The notes beneath the pieces are model-generated. The model was not told where the DNA came from, searched no databases, and saw only the letters and a program-made list of their open reading frames with translations. The position numbers and the translations under genes are program-made. DNA of 64,000 nt, from contig JAHITJ010000208.1 in assembly GCA_018817795.1 (NCBI GenBank), positions 43,989 to 107,988 of the forward strand, written 5' to 3'. This stretch comes from Myxococcota bacterium. GTDB lineage: Bacteria > Myxococcota_A > Polyangia > HGW-17. Shown here piece by piece: positions 36,201-45,636 of this stretch. Positions within the stretch are counted from its first letter, which is position 1; each line of letters begins with the position of its first letter.

Positions 36201-38239
36201 AAGTCGCGGATGACGGTCGTGTAGTAAGCGACGACCTTCTCGAACTCCTCGAGGGCCTTCTTGGCCAGCGCGGCCTTCTCCGAGCCCTGGGCGCTCTTGG
36301 CCTGGTCGCCGTACTGCACGGCCTTGGCGATCATGGCCTGTCCGGTGTCGATGAGGGCAAACTGGCGGATCCCGAGCAGATCCTCACGCAGTTTGTCGAT
36401 GGTGATGGTGCGCAGCCGGACATTCTTCTTCTGGTTTTCCACCAGGAACCGCTGATGAAAGGCCAGGTAGCCCTCGATCTCGTCGTTGGTGAAGACCTTG
36501 TTCACCGCGAACTGGTAGAGCTCGCGCTTCTTGTCCTGCCAGGAGCGCAGGTTCTCGCGCAGTTGATTCTTGTCGCGCTCTGACTTGACCTCGGTGATTT
36601 CCCGCTCAACACTTTTGACCTTCATTTCAATCAAGGAAATCATGTTCCAGAAGATCAGGGGTTTGTCCGGGTTGTAGCGCCAGCCACCCTCGTCGTCCAT
36701 CTTGCGGAAGATATAATTGTAGAGATCATATGCGAAATTATAATCGGTTTCAGAGCGCTGGTAGGTCTTGTTCTCCTCAAAACCCATGAAGAAATCGGCA
36801 ACGCCCTTCCAGATCCGTTTGACATGGGGTTCGTTCTCGCGACCCTTGTAGAACGCGATCAACTTCTTCTGCGGACACTTGTCGAGACACTCCACGGCCA
36901 CGGGGGCCGTCCAACTGAACTGCTTCTTGGGATCCAGATCGGCGCCTTCTACGAATTTTTCTTCCTGCATCAAAAATCCGATGTATTTGATTGCAGCTTC
37001 ATGCGGACTGTTCTCGTCCCGGTTCTGTCCCAGCGCGACCACCATGTCGAACAGTTTCATGGCCAGGGCCGAGTTGATCTCGTTCTGGTACATCATCAGG
37101 CCCGCGAAGTACACGACGTAGCCACGGGTGGAGAGCGCACGGAACTCGGGTCCGAGCGCCTGCTTGTAGGCCGACAGGGAGTACCACTTGGTCATGGCCA
37201 GGTTGTACAGTTTGTCCTGGTCGGTGGTCTCGTTGGCCACGAACGGCAGGCGGTAGTCCGCCGAGAGGTACTTGCCCAGCGTGGCCCACGCGGTGCCCAG
37301 GAACTCCACGTTGCCCTTGATCGGGCGGCAGGTGGCGAACGGATCGAACGGCAGGTGGGCCGGAAAGTCCGTGATCGTCCAGCGCACGTAGTCGTTCATG
37401 GCCGTCATCGGCATCGTCTCGAGGCCCTTCTTGACCAGAAACGCCTTGAGGTCGTCGTCGAAAGGAGAGAATCCCCAGTTGGCGCAGACCGAAGCGATGG
37501 ACAGTTTGGCGGGCATGACACCGTCGGTGTCCTCGATGGAGAACGGCGGTTTTTCGTACATGCGGGCCAGCAGGTGCAGCACCGAGCCGATGTCGCGGAA
37601 CTTCGGATACAGGGTCACGAGCTTGCGCAGGTTCCCCTCGGCCTTCTTGTGGTAGAAGTCCATGCCCAGATCCGCCTCGGCGGGCCGGACCGTGCCCTTG
37701 GCCAGTTCCCGGGCCCGGACCATGATGCTCTGGTATTCCTCTTCGTAGATGTCCTTGCCGGTCTTCTCGTCCCGGTTGATGTAGTACAGGAACAGTTCTT
37801 CGGCGATCTCCTGGTAGATGACCGCGGTGCGCCAGAGAAGCTCCGGGGTCCAGGTCGGATCGGGAGTCTTCTCGTAGACCGCCAGGCGCTGCTCGAGCAG
37901 TTGCAGCAGTTTGGCGCGCTCGACGATGTCCTTGGCCTTGGCGGTGCGGCTGTCGCGATCCACCTGGGCCCGCAGGAACATCTCTTCGTTGCTCTTGAGC
38001 CGCTTGACCATGTAGTCGGTGGTCTCCGAGAAGCGGACGATTCCTTCCTTATATAGACGGTAATCGTTGCGAAGCGCGTCGATTTCCTTCTGAACCTCCG
38101 GCTTTTCCTTGACTTCCGGGGCCGGCTTGGGGTCGGCGGCCTTGACCGGAGCTGCCGGCTTGGGCTGGGCAGTCGCGACCTGTGGCATGGCCAGCAGGGA
38201 AACGAGGGCTAACAGGCGGAATATGCTTGATTTTTTCAT
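33218..38239 (-). CDS. Giant (1673 aa) secreted TPR/alpha-solenoid protein
   Basis: Signal MKKSSIFRLLALVSLLAMPQVATAQP, Pro-Lys-rich linker, then long K/E-rich helical repeat protein. GGAGGA RBS; TGATG overlap with the upstream gene. Confidence 0.8.
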   Translation of the reverse strand: MKKSSIFRLLALVSLLAMPQVATAQPKPAAPVKAADPKPAPEVKEKPEVQKEIDALRNDYRLYKEGIVRFSETTDYMVKRLKSNEEMFLRAQVDRDSRTAKAKDIVERAKLLQLLEQRLAVYEKTPDPTWTPELLWRTAVIYQEIAEELFLYYINRDEKTGKDIYEEEYQSIMVRARELAKGTVRPAEADLGMDFYHKKAEGNLRKLVTLYPKFRDIGSVLHLLARMYEKPPFSIEDTDGVMPAKLSIASVCANWGFSPFDDDLKAFLVKKGLETMPMTAMNDYVRWTITDFPAHLPFDPFATCRPIKGNVEFLGTAWATLGKYLSADYRLPFVANETTDQDKLYNLAMTKWYSLSAYKQALGPEFRALSTRGYVVYFAGLMMYQNEINSALAMKLFDMVVALGQNRDENSPHEAAIKYIGFLMQEEKFVEGADLDPKKQFSWTAPVAVECLDKCPQKKLIAFYKGRENEPHVKRIWKGVADFFMGFEENKTYQRSETDYNFAYDLYNYIFRKMDDEGGWRYNPDKPLIFWNMISLIEMKVKSVEREITEVKSERDKNQLRENLRSWQDKKRELYQFAVNKVFTNDEIEGYLAFHQRFLVENQKKNVRLRTITIDKLREDLLGIRQFALIDTGQAMIAKAVQYGDQAKSAQGSEKAALAKKALEEFEKVVAYYTTVIRDFPNSSLEYDASYMILLAYRDYMIDLAASDKARKDFIQTTLEWGRKVRDSHLGSKHQKESAAIIYEVYDKKLDLKIPPPPFDIKDENKLIKYTPKELSADFKNYIQDAFEYMKIYPKNDNSPVFINNIANIYLHYEQVDEARKYYWQLLESYCTHSVAINASQMLFLTYKFQQAEPGTESTFTAERDASIKKLEQKKCGGDKEHRELMLMISALEFNELVKKAEVVFNAAEKAKADGKNDPKKWKEALLMYRQLDGQMKDRRPDAKETEKLKEFEKNLFGVYWKIYTCTKELGDYPGAIEVLNKKIYEDETGRMMAIAHQDGYKEFMIFELAEAATKFFMEDLAMKMWQELTVVKPGGWRIKKEKKIEVKDESTYRVLAEEKLFWIYKAGGPKYHAKTLAQVDRLFDIFRKAKKMYNKEFEVAENELIKQLAQKMGISEDAVENYYSLSSSCEGGRCRVTVSDKILYYTDVIFNMEQDLIAQKGQSEGTARDMIGKIEQYERFLEGYVPLAKVKTKENESMWKARMDLTFRKANQWNNIQTLLAKNPDKAKKAAEEYGRYIQEYKDLYDQGVKAGLDPGVHVINYATALIQYAENALVKTYENPFKEKSTTEIDTFEKAKLAFDLWKKQLEGKGEELTKRFAKLKEDLEKKQAECLAEIQELIAAVQKIQAHQQKPGSVPEKELMDAVSKYQSLNKKYPNFLKDLQATGDVNKAVTKTIMERKDIAQLLKEQQALAQAGEKMGPENIKKYIKEQLPIAQKALTNAKKRFAGKSIPAITESDTILKGIKSDSTDGNDIGKLIQVMQNLAWLSVLQPATDTVTIMLVNGRSLDNLARGYDWYKNQKGAFRNQVAQIKGDLLALKMLLLYRGIKAFEEAPYLAMLAKEDLKNPEEVQKSGCTQTKADELETCFFAWRRKTYYNSTYRVTLDGQAQDLAIIPQDKVTDEYNQAFTALYELVEAEKLTSANIEEALGEYREFSKKKLRRSYQPEVEPLSR

Positions 38240-40914
38240 CAGGGCTGTCCTCCGGCGCCGGGCTTGCCGGGATCGGACGTGCCGGGTTTGGGCTTCTCGC
38301 CCTCCTTCGGCTCGGCCTTGGTCACGAACGGATCGGCATACCGTTCCTCGTCGAACTCGATGAGGTTGGCCTCAACCTCCCGGTACCGGTTTTTCATCTC
38401 ATTGGTGATCTGCTTGTTCCGGTCGTTGAGCCGGATCCATTCCAGCCGCGTCTTGGAGCGCAGCGACCAGTTCACATCGACGATGCCGAGATCGGACTCC
38501 ACGACCACGTCATGGAAGTGCCTGGCGATCAGGCGGATGCTCTCGGCCGTGATCAGTTCGTTGATCTGGCCGGACTGCTGCTTGTATTGCAGATACTGCA
38601 CTTCATAAGCCTTGAGGTTGGCCTCCTCCACGGTGATCTCTTCCTTGATCTTCGCCAGGCGTTCGTCAGCCAGGGCCTGAAGTTTCCCGTTCAGGTCGTC
38701 GATGCGGCGATCCATGGCGTCGGCGTTCTGCATCAGCGTGACCATCTTGTCGAAGAGCACCATCTCGGCACTGGAGAGCTTCCCGCGGATGCTGCTCCAC
38801 ACGGCAAACTCAGCGGCGATGGCTGAACGGTACTGGGTCCGGACGCGACGCTCGGCTTCCATGTCGGCGTCGTCGACGCCCACGGTCAGGCTCGCATCCA
38901 TGATCTTCGCCCGGATCGAGCGTGCCATCTCCAGCCCGGACTCGATCTCTGAGGACTCTTCCTGCAACTGGACCAGCATCGGAGCCAGCTGCTTCTGCCG
39001 CTCAGGCTTCTGTTTCTTGTAATACTCGTACATGCCGCCAACCAGTTGCTGGTATCCCTGCAGATCCTTGATCAGGTTGTCCACGGCCAGGATCTTCTCG
39101 TCGAACACCTTGCGGCGGGAGGCCAGCCGGTTGGCCAGGCTGTCCGTGCTCCGGGGCATGGTCTTGACATCCTTCTCCAACTTCTGGCGATCCTCCTCGG
39201 CCTTCTTCAATTGGGAGGCCGTGTTGCCGGTGACGTGCCGTGCAAACTGCGCGCGGGCCACCTTCAGGAGCTCGGCCCGGGCCTCCACGTTCTTGATCTC
39301 CATTTCATAGGTCTTGGTGCGCGTGTCGGCCAGCAGCGGGAAAAGGCCGATCTTGCTGGCCGACTGCAGACGGCGTTTGATCATCAGAAGGCTGTCGCGG
39401 GCATGCTCGAGGTTATCGCCGATGCCGGTGATGTCCTCGGTGACCAGGATCGCCTTCATCAGGGTCTGGTCTTCCTGGAACAGGGGAATGGCCTCGGGCG
39501 GAATGGCGTACTGAAGGCGGAACACCGTCTTCTTGTCGGCGTCCTTGCCCGAGCCTGCGACGTCTTCCTTCTTGCGGGTGATCTGGTCGAAGAACGCCTT
39601 GAGGTCCAGTTGCTTCTCCATCAGTTCCTTGATCTGCAGGTGCACGGCCTTGTAGCGCGTGGCCGTGTCGGAGAAGGCCTTGTTCGCCTCGGCCCATCTC
39701 TCGCCGCGGACGTTGAGATAGCCCAGCAGCAGCCGGGCGCGGGGAAGAAACACACTGTTGCGGTTGCGGACTTCCATGATCGCCAGCGTCTCGGCGGCCT
39801 TCATGACCTCCTCCTCGCGGACGTAGACCCATGCCATCTCGTACAGTGCGTCCTCGTAGTGCGGGGACTTGTCGGAGATCAACTTGTACCAGCGGACGGC
39901 CTCGCCCGTCTCGCCAAGCTCGTAGAAGATGCGACCCAGGGCCATCCGGGACAGCGCCTGGACTTCCTTTTCCTCGTCATTGCGCGGCTCGAAGTATTTG
40001 ATCTCCTCTTCACCGGCCTGCGCGGGAACCTTCTGGATCCACTTTTGGATCACGGTGTCGGAGGCCAGCACGGAGAACCGTCGGACGGCCTCGAACATCA
40101 GCATTTCGCGCATCTCGCCCAGCGAGGTGGTGTATTTTGTCAGGTTGACGGTCTTGCCGCCGCGCACGAACGAGGTGGCGCCCACCTGCCCCATGCGCAC
40201 CAGCGCCGCACCGGAGAAATACACGGCCTGGGGATACAGCAGCGGAAACACCTTCTTGGAATCCTTGTCCAGCGTCGGACCGATTTTGTCGAAAAAGCGC
40301 AGGGCTTCGAGGAACTTGTCGTTGGCCCACGCCTCGCGGCGCTCGCCGGCGGGCTTCTGGAACTCCTCGTAGGCCTGGTAGTAGGCAAACTTCCCGCGGG
40401 CGTAGTTGACCTCGGGGGAGTCCTTCAGTTCCGGCATCTGTTCGACGAGCTCGACGAGCTTCTCGATACCCCGGTAGTTCTGGGTCTTGATCGAGATTTC
40501 CAGCAGGCGTTTGATGGCCTTGGAGCGGAACGCAGGGTCCCAGCGCTGTTCGACGACCATCCAGTAATAATCGGCCGCCACCAGATAATTGGCGCTCGTG
40601 AACATGGCTTCGCTGAGATAGAACGTGGCCTCCTTGCCCAGTGTCGGGTGGGAGATCAGCGACAAAAACAGCGCGGCGGCGTCCTGGGGACGGTTGTTCT
40701 TGAGCAGGTAGATGCCGTTGAGGAACCGCTGCATGTCGTCATGCTGTTTTCCGAGTTGGACCTTTTTGGCGCTGGCGATGACCCCTTCGAGACGCTTGAG
40801 TGCAAAATCGAGCGCGGAAACGGAGTCGTTCACCTTGTCCAGCGGATCGGCCGCCGAGACGGAAGGAAGCAGCAATAGCGAAGCACAGGCCAGAAGTAAC
40901 AGGCGAGTTTTCAT
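38239..40914 (-). CDS. Secreted TPR + coiled-coil protein (891 aa) with C-terminal Pro/Lys-rich tail
   Basis: Signal MKTRLLLLACASLLLLPSVSAADP, TPR-like N-terminal half, long coiled-coil C-terminal half ending EPKEGEKPKPGTSDPGKPGAGGQP. Confidence 0.8.
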   Translation of the reverse strand: MKTRLLLLACASLLLLPSVSAADPLDKVNDSVSALDFALKRLEGVIASAKKVQLGKQHDDMQRFLNGIYLLKNNRPQDAAALFLSLISHPTLGKEATFYLSEAMFTSANYLVAADYYWMVVEQRWDPAFRSKAIKRLLEISIKTQNYRGIEKLVELVEQMPELKDSPEVNYARGKFAYYQAYEEFQKPAGERREAWANDKFLEALRFFDKIGPTLDKDSKKVFPLLYPQAVYFSGAALVRMGQVGATSFVRGGKTVNLTKYTTSLGEMREMLMFEAVRRFSVLASDTVIQKWIQKVPAQAGEEEIKYFEPRNDEEKEVQALSRMALGRIFYELGETGEAVRWYKLISDKSPHYEDALYEMAWVYVREEEVMKAAETLAIMEVRNRNSVFLPRARLLLGYLNVRGERWAEANKAFSDTATRYKAVHLQIKELMEKQLDLKAFFDQITRKKEDVAGSGKDADKKTVFRLQYAIPPEAIPLFQEDQTLMKAILVTEDITGIGDNLEHARDSLLMIKRRLQSASKIGLFPLLADTRTKTYEMEIKNVEARAELLKVARAQFARHVTGNTASQLKKAEEDRQKLEKDVKTMPRSTDSLANRLASRRKVFDEKILAVDNLIKDLQGYQQLVGGMYEYYKKQKPERQKQLAPMLVQLQEESSEIESGLEMARSIRAKIMDASLTVGVDDADMEAERRVRTQYRSAIAAEFAVWSSIRGKLSSAEMVLFDKMVTLMQNADAMDRRIDDLNGKLQALADERLAKIKEEITVEEANLKAYEVQYLQYKQQSGQINELITAESIRLIARHFHDVVVESDLGIVDVNWSLRSKTRLEWIRLNDRNKQITNEMKNRYREVEANLIEFDEERYADPFVTKAEPKEGEKPKPGTSDPGKPGAGGQP

Positions 40915-40976
40915 GATCAGAATCCTTGCAGGCGACGTTCGCCTGGGCAAACGCAGGCGGCGGGCCGCCGACGAAT

Positions 40977-41759
40977 TCACTTGGTCTTGGAAGGCTTCGT
41001 CTCTTCCTTGTTGACCAGGGCCTTGGACTGCAACTGGAACTGGATGTGCGGGCGCTGATCCAGCGGGGTCGTCCAGCCGCCCTTCTCCACACCCTGAACC
41101 TCAAGCGTGTAGTCCTTGCCTGGCTCGACATTGAACGAGTAGGTGTTGTGGACTTCCCACTTCCATTCCTTGACGTACTTGAACACGCCGTAGCCATTGC
41201 CCTGGTACGTGATGAACACGCGGAACCGCACGTTGCCGGGGGAGACGTGCCCCACGGGGATGGAAATCTCCTTCTTGGCAAGGACCTCGCGATCCTTCTC
41301 GCCGGCGTCGCTGTAGGAGGCGACGAGCTTGCCGTCCATGAGATAGCGCAGCCGCACCATCTTGAACGCGCCGCCCATCTTGTTGACGTGCTTGATGAGG
41401 ATCTTGGCGCCACCGAGCGTCTCCTTCTCGGCGGTCATGGCCTCCTTGAGCAACTGCAGGCGGAACTTGGTGGCCGTGACCTTGTTCTTCAGGTCCTCGA
41501 CGAGCTCGGCCAGTTGACGCAACTTCAGTTCATTGCTGGTAACCTCGGCGGCCGTCACCTTGTCCGGCGTCGGGGTCGTGTCGCGATCGACCTCGGTGCC
41601 GACCGTGACCGGAACGGTGGGGGCCTTCGGATCCACAGCCGTCTCGGCAGGCGGCGTCGGTGTCGCCGGAGGGGGCGTGGTGGGCGCCGTCTGCGCAGAC
41701 GTGCCGGAGACGACGAAAATTAAAAATAAAAACACAGGAAGGAAGAGTTTCGTTTTCAT
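40977..41759 (-). CDS. Secreted protein (260 aa) with Pro/Thr-rich linker and coiled coil; first gene of the ExbBD/TPR operon
   Basis: Signal MKTKLFLPVFLFLIFVVSGTSAQ, TAPTTPPPATPTPP linker. Confidence 0.6.
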   Translation of the reverse strand: MKTKLFLPVFLFLIFVVSGTSAQTAPTTPPPATPTPPAETAVDPKAPTVPVTVGTEVDRDTTPTPDKVTAAEVTSNELKLRQLAELVEDLKNKVTATKFRLQLLKEAMTAEKETLGGAKILIKHVNKMGGAFKMVRLRYLMDGKLVASYSDAGEKDREVLAKKEISIPVGHVSPGNVRFRVFITYQGNGYGVFKYVKEWKWEVHNTYSFNVEPGKDYTLEVQGVEKGGWTTPLDQRPHIQFQLQSKALVNKEETKPSKTK

Positions 41760-42032
41760 GGTGCCTCTCAACTCATGGTTCATCTACCCGGTCAACCGGA
41801 CGTGATGCTGCGAATATATACATACCAATAGGCAAATCGTCAAACCAATTTGTCGGTACCCGTATACATTTAATTGCCTAACGTCTCAAACTCATCCGGA
41901 TTCGCCGGCCCTTTCCGACCTATAAACCCGCCGGTCACCGAAAAACAGGGCTGGTAAGACATGGCATTTTCCGATACAAGAGCCTTGGGAGCCGGTCGGA
42001 AAAACCCGAAACGCCCCGAAGGAGATGCCAGC

Positions 42033-43340
42033 ATGCTGATTCAGGACATCATCGCCCGCAAACGCGACGGGCTCAAACTGGACCGGTCCGAAATCGAGTT
42101 TTTCATCGATTCCTACACTTCCGGCGCCCTGCCCGACTATCAGGCCGCGGCACTGATCATGGCGATCTTCATCCGGGGGCTGGACAGCGAAGAACTGAGT
42201 TACTTCGCCAACGCCATGTTGCACAGCGGCACCGTGGTCGATCTCTCCCATATTCAGGGCATCAAGGTCGACAAGCACAGCACCGGCGGCGTCGGGGACA
42301 AGATCAGCATTCCACTGGCGCCCCTGGTCGCCGCCTGCGGCGTCAAAGTCCCCATGGTGTCGGGCCGCGGGCTGGGCCATACCGGCGGCACCCTCGACAA
42401 ACTCGAGTCCATTCCGGGCTTCTCCGTGCGCCTTCCTCTGGATGAGTATGCGCGCATCGTGGAAAAGGTCGGCGTATGCATGATCGGTCAGACCGAGGAA
42501 CTTGCCCCGGCGGACCGCAAGATCTACTCCCTGCGCGACGCAACCGCCTGCGTCCCCTCCATTCCATTGATCGCATCGAGCATCATGAGCAAAAAGCTTG
42601 CAGAGGGCATAGATGCCCTTGTGCTTGACGTCAAGGTGGGCACCGGCGCCTTCATGCCCACAGAAGAAAAGGCGGAACAACTTGCGCGCACGCTGGTTGA
42701 GATTGGCCGGCGTGCCGGCAAGAAGGTCACCGCCTTCCTCACTCGAATGGATGATCCCCTGGGCGTGGCCGTGGGCAACGCCTGCGAGGTGATCGAGTCC
42801 ATCGAGGTGCTGCGCGGGGGAGGGCCCGAGGACATCCGCGAGCTCACCCTGCTGATGGCCAGCCACATGCTCGTGATGGGTGGCGTCTGTCCCGATCCGG
42901 CCGCGGCGCGCGAGCGCTGCCTGGTCGCCCTTGGCGACGGCTCGGCCATCAAGAAGTTCAAAGAGTTGATCTCGGCCCAGGGAGGCAACCCCGAAGCGGT
43001 CGATCATGTTGAACTGTTTGCCCAGGCGGCCCACCGCACCATGGTGCGGGCGACCCGGTCCGGAATTGTGCAATCCGTGAACTCCACCGCCATCGGCATG
43101 GCCGGCGTGGTGCTGGGCGCGGGCCGTCGGCAGGTCTCCGATCCCGTGGATCCCGCCGTCAGCCTGTTCATCCGGAAGAAGATCGGCGACACGGTCGCAG
43201 CCGGCGAGGTGCTCGTGGACGTTCACTACAACGACGACCGGGGGCTGACCGATGCGCTGGAACGCCTCCAGGGAGCCTACGTCATCGATGATGCACCGGT
43301 TGCCAGGAAGCCCCTGGTCCTCAAGACCATTCAGAGTTGA
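42033..43340 (+). CDS. Pyrimidine-nucleoside (thymidine) phosphorylase
   Basis: ...VDKHSTGGVGDKISIPLAPLVAACGVKVPMVSGRGLGHTGGTLDKLESIPGF... AAGGAG RBS. Internal start of ORF 41961..43340. Confidence 0.9.
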   Translation: MLIQDIIARKRDGLKLDRSEIEFFIDSYTSGALPDYQAAALIMAIFIRGLDSEELSYFANAMLHSGTVVDLSHIQGIKVDKHSTGGVGDKISIPLAPLVAACGVKVPMVSGRGLGHTGGTLDKLESIPGFSVRLPLDEYARIVEKVGVCMIGQTEELAPADRKIYSLRDATACVPSIPLIASSIMSKKLAEGIDALVLDVKVGTGAFMPTEEKAEQLARTLVEIGRRAGKKVTAFLTRMDDPLGVAVGNACEVIESIEVLRGGGPEDIRELTLLMASHMLVMGGVCPDPAAARERCLVALGDGSAIKKFKELISAQGGNPEAVDHVELFAQAAHRTMVRATRSGIVQSVNSTAIGMAGVVLGAGRRQVSDPVDPAVSLFIRKKIGDTVAAGEVLVDVHYNDDRGLTDALERLQGAYVIDDAPVARKPLVLKTIQS

Positions 43341-43410
43341 TCGCACGTAGATGAAGCCCCTACCCGCCCTTTCGTGCAACCCGCGGCCCTTTCCTCTGTC
43401 CTGGTCGGGC

Positions 43411-44130
43411 ATGAAACCGGTCTTTCTCGCGCTTCTCCTGCTGAGCTCCTGCATCGACGGGCGCTCCTACCTCACGACCCGCCACCGCCACCTGCACTAC
43501 GAGGTCGAGGTGCAGCGCAACATCCGTCGCGAAATCCGCGTCACCCACGAGATCGACAACAATCGCCTGACCCTGCACTTCCAGGAGATACTGTTCTGCA
43601 GGCACGTGCAGTTCGACGTGGAAAAGATGAGCCTGATCCGCACCCAGACGCGCCCCGGCGCCGGCTATTACATGCTGCTCGGCGGCCTGATCGCCGCGCT
43701 GTCGATGCCCTCCTACTACATGGGATTGGCCAACTCATCGGGTACGGCCCGTGCGATACATCTATCGGTCGGGACCGGCATCTTCCTGGCCCCGGGCCTG
43801 TCGATCGGAGGCTACGGTTTTTGGAAGCGGCTCGAGGAGAACACCACCGTCGAGGACGCCGGAAACGTCCGTCGCGAGGTCAAGAGCACCGACTTCACCT
43901 GCGGCAAGGCGCCTCCGGCCGCGGGGTCCCGTGTGGAGGTGCTCACACGCATCGGCCACGTGCCGCTGGGCGATTTGCCCGCAGACGGCCGGATCACCGC
44001 CGATCTTGAACGCCTGCAGCCGCTTCGCAGCGAGGAAACCGGCCGGACCTACCTCGATGTCTTCGTCAATTCCGAGCGCGTCGGCACCATTGTGCTGTCC
44101 GATCCGAAGGCTTCCCCTCCAGCCCGCTGA
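43411..44130 (+). CDS. Hypothetical lipoprotein
   Basis: MKPVFLALLLLSSC|IDG lipobox. No motif recognised. Confidence 0.55.
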   Translation: MKPVFLALLLLSSCIDGRSYLTTRHRHLHYEVEVQRNIRREIRVTHEIDNNRLTLHFQEILFCRHVQFDVEKMSLIRTQTRPGAGYYMLLGGLIAALSMPSYYMGLANSSGTARAIHLSVGTGIFLAPGLSIGGYGFWKRLEENTTVEDAGNVRREVKSTDFTCGKAPPAAGSRVEVLTRIGHVPLGDLPADGRITADLERLQPLRSEETGRTYLDVFVNSERVGTIVLSDPKASPPAR

Positions 44131-44252
44131 GATTTTTGAATTATATAAACGAATTCAAGAAGTTACGACCTCTACAGTGGTAAAATTCGCAACCGTAACC
44201 GGGTTCATGTAAACCTTTCTTGCGTTGAAACACGCAAAAAGGAGCAGTGCCT

Positions 44253-45530
44253 ATGCGTGCGATGAATGCCAGTGACAACTACATGACCGTTCCGGAAGAG
44301 AACATCAACTACATCGCGGCGATGGACATCGGATCGAACAAGATTTCGCTCTCGATTGGCCAGACCCTCGATGGCCGGTTCGATGCGCTTCTGGGTGTGG
44401 TCCATCACCAGTGCCAGGGCATCACCTCGGGCCGCATCACGAATCTGGAGGCCGTCACCGCCACGATTCGCAAACTGCTCTGCGAAGCCATTGAAATCAT
44501 TGGCTTTTCAGTCACAGAGGTCTTCGTCGGAATCACCGACCCGGAGATCGCGGTGCATCGCAACACGGCCATGGTGGCTGTCGCCGGTGATTCGATCACC
44601 TCCGAGGACATCGCCGACGTGCTCGAGGCGGCCGAGACAGCCATGCCGCTGAGGGAGAACGAGGCGATCCTGCATGTCATTCCCGAGCAGTTCCTGGTCA
44701 ACGGGCACCCCGTGGATGATCCCGTCGGCCGCTCCGGTGTCCGCCTAGACGTCGAGACCACGGTCCTGACCGTGCCACGCTCGTCGATCGTGAACGTGGA
44801 TCGCGTGTGCCGCGCCGCCGGGCTCACGGTTCGCGACATCTTCTTCTCTCCCCTGGGAACGCTGCAGGCAGTGACCCATCCCCGCCAGCGCCAGCTGGGC
44901 GTCCTGCTGCTGGACATCGGCGCCGGCACCACCGACGTCGTCATGATGGAGGGCGACCGGCTGCGCTACTGCGACGTGGTGCCGATCGGCGGACAGTCCT
45001 TCACCGAGTCCCTGGCCAACGGCCTGCGCTGCCTGCGCGAAGAAGCAGAAACCATCAAGATCAAGTGCGGCATGGCCTCTCCGGCCTACCTGAACAACCC
45101 GGATCTGGCCGTCGATTCAAGCCTGCTGTGCGGATCTGCGCCCGTCACCTACGGACAGGTCTCCCACATCCTCGAGTCACGGATCTCCGAGATACTGCAC
45201 ATCGCGCTGAACCGGCTGCACTACGCCGGCATCGGCCTGACGGCGCCGCACTCGATCGTGATCACCGGCGGCACCGCCCAACTGAACGGGCTGCGCGCCT
45301 TCATCCAGGAGTTGATCGAACTGCCTGTCGAGGTCGGGTTCGCCAACCTGCCGGCGGGCATGTTCGACCTCGCACGGCAGCCCGTGTTCTCCTCATCGGT
45401 GGGCCTGGTCATGTATGCCTCCACCCACGATCAGGGACACTCGCCGCGCATGACCGTGCAGATGACTGAAAAGAAAAACAATAATGTTTTCAAGAAGTTA
45501 GCGGACTTTTTCGGAGGTTTTTTTGACTGA
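44253..45530 (+). CDS. ftsA: Cell division protein FtsA
   Basis: Actin-fold: IAAMDIGSNKISLSIG ... LLLDIGAGTTDVVMM ... ITGGTAQLNGL; AAGGAG 9 nt upstream of the ATG at 44253. Confidence 0.9.
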   Translation: MRAMNASDNYMTVPEENINYIAAMDIGSNKISLSIGQTLDGRFDALLGVVHHQCQGITSGRITNLEAVTATIRKLLCEAIEIIGFSVTEVFVGITDPEIAVHRNTAMVAVAGDSITSEDIADVLEAAETAMPLRENEAILHVIPEQFLVNGHPVDDPVGRSGVRLDVETTVLTVPRSSIVNVDRVCRAAGLTVRDIFFSPLGTLQAVTHPRQRQLGVLLLDIGAGTTDVVMMEGDRLRYCDVVPIGGQSFTESLANGLRCLREEAETIKIKCGMASPAYLNNPDLAVDSSLLCGSAPVTYGQVSHILESRISEILHIALNRLHYAGIGLTAPHSIVITGGTAQLNGLRAFIQELIELPVEVGFANLPAGMFDLARQPVFSSSVGLVMYASTHDQGHSPRMTVQMTEKKNNNVFKKLADFFGGFFD

Positions 45531-45636
45531 GACGCATTCCGCTCTTAGGATGCCTAGGAAGTCCGTCGTTCGAATTTGCGAAGACTGCTGAACTGGACCA
45601 CTTTAAAGTGGATTTGTCCCATAACGGAGGAACTCG

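Noticed and set aside
41892-43454. 520-aa minus ORF
   Set aside because: Antisense to the pyrimidine-nucleoside phosphorylase, which has clear family motifs.
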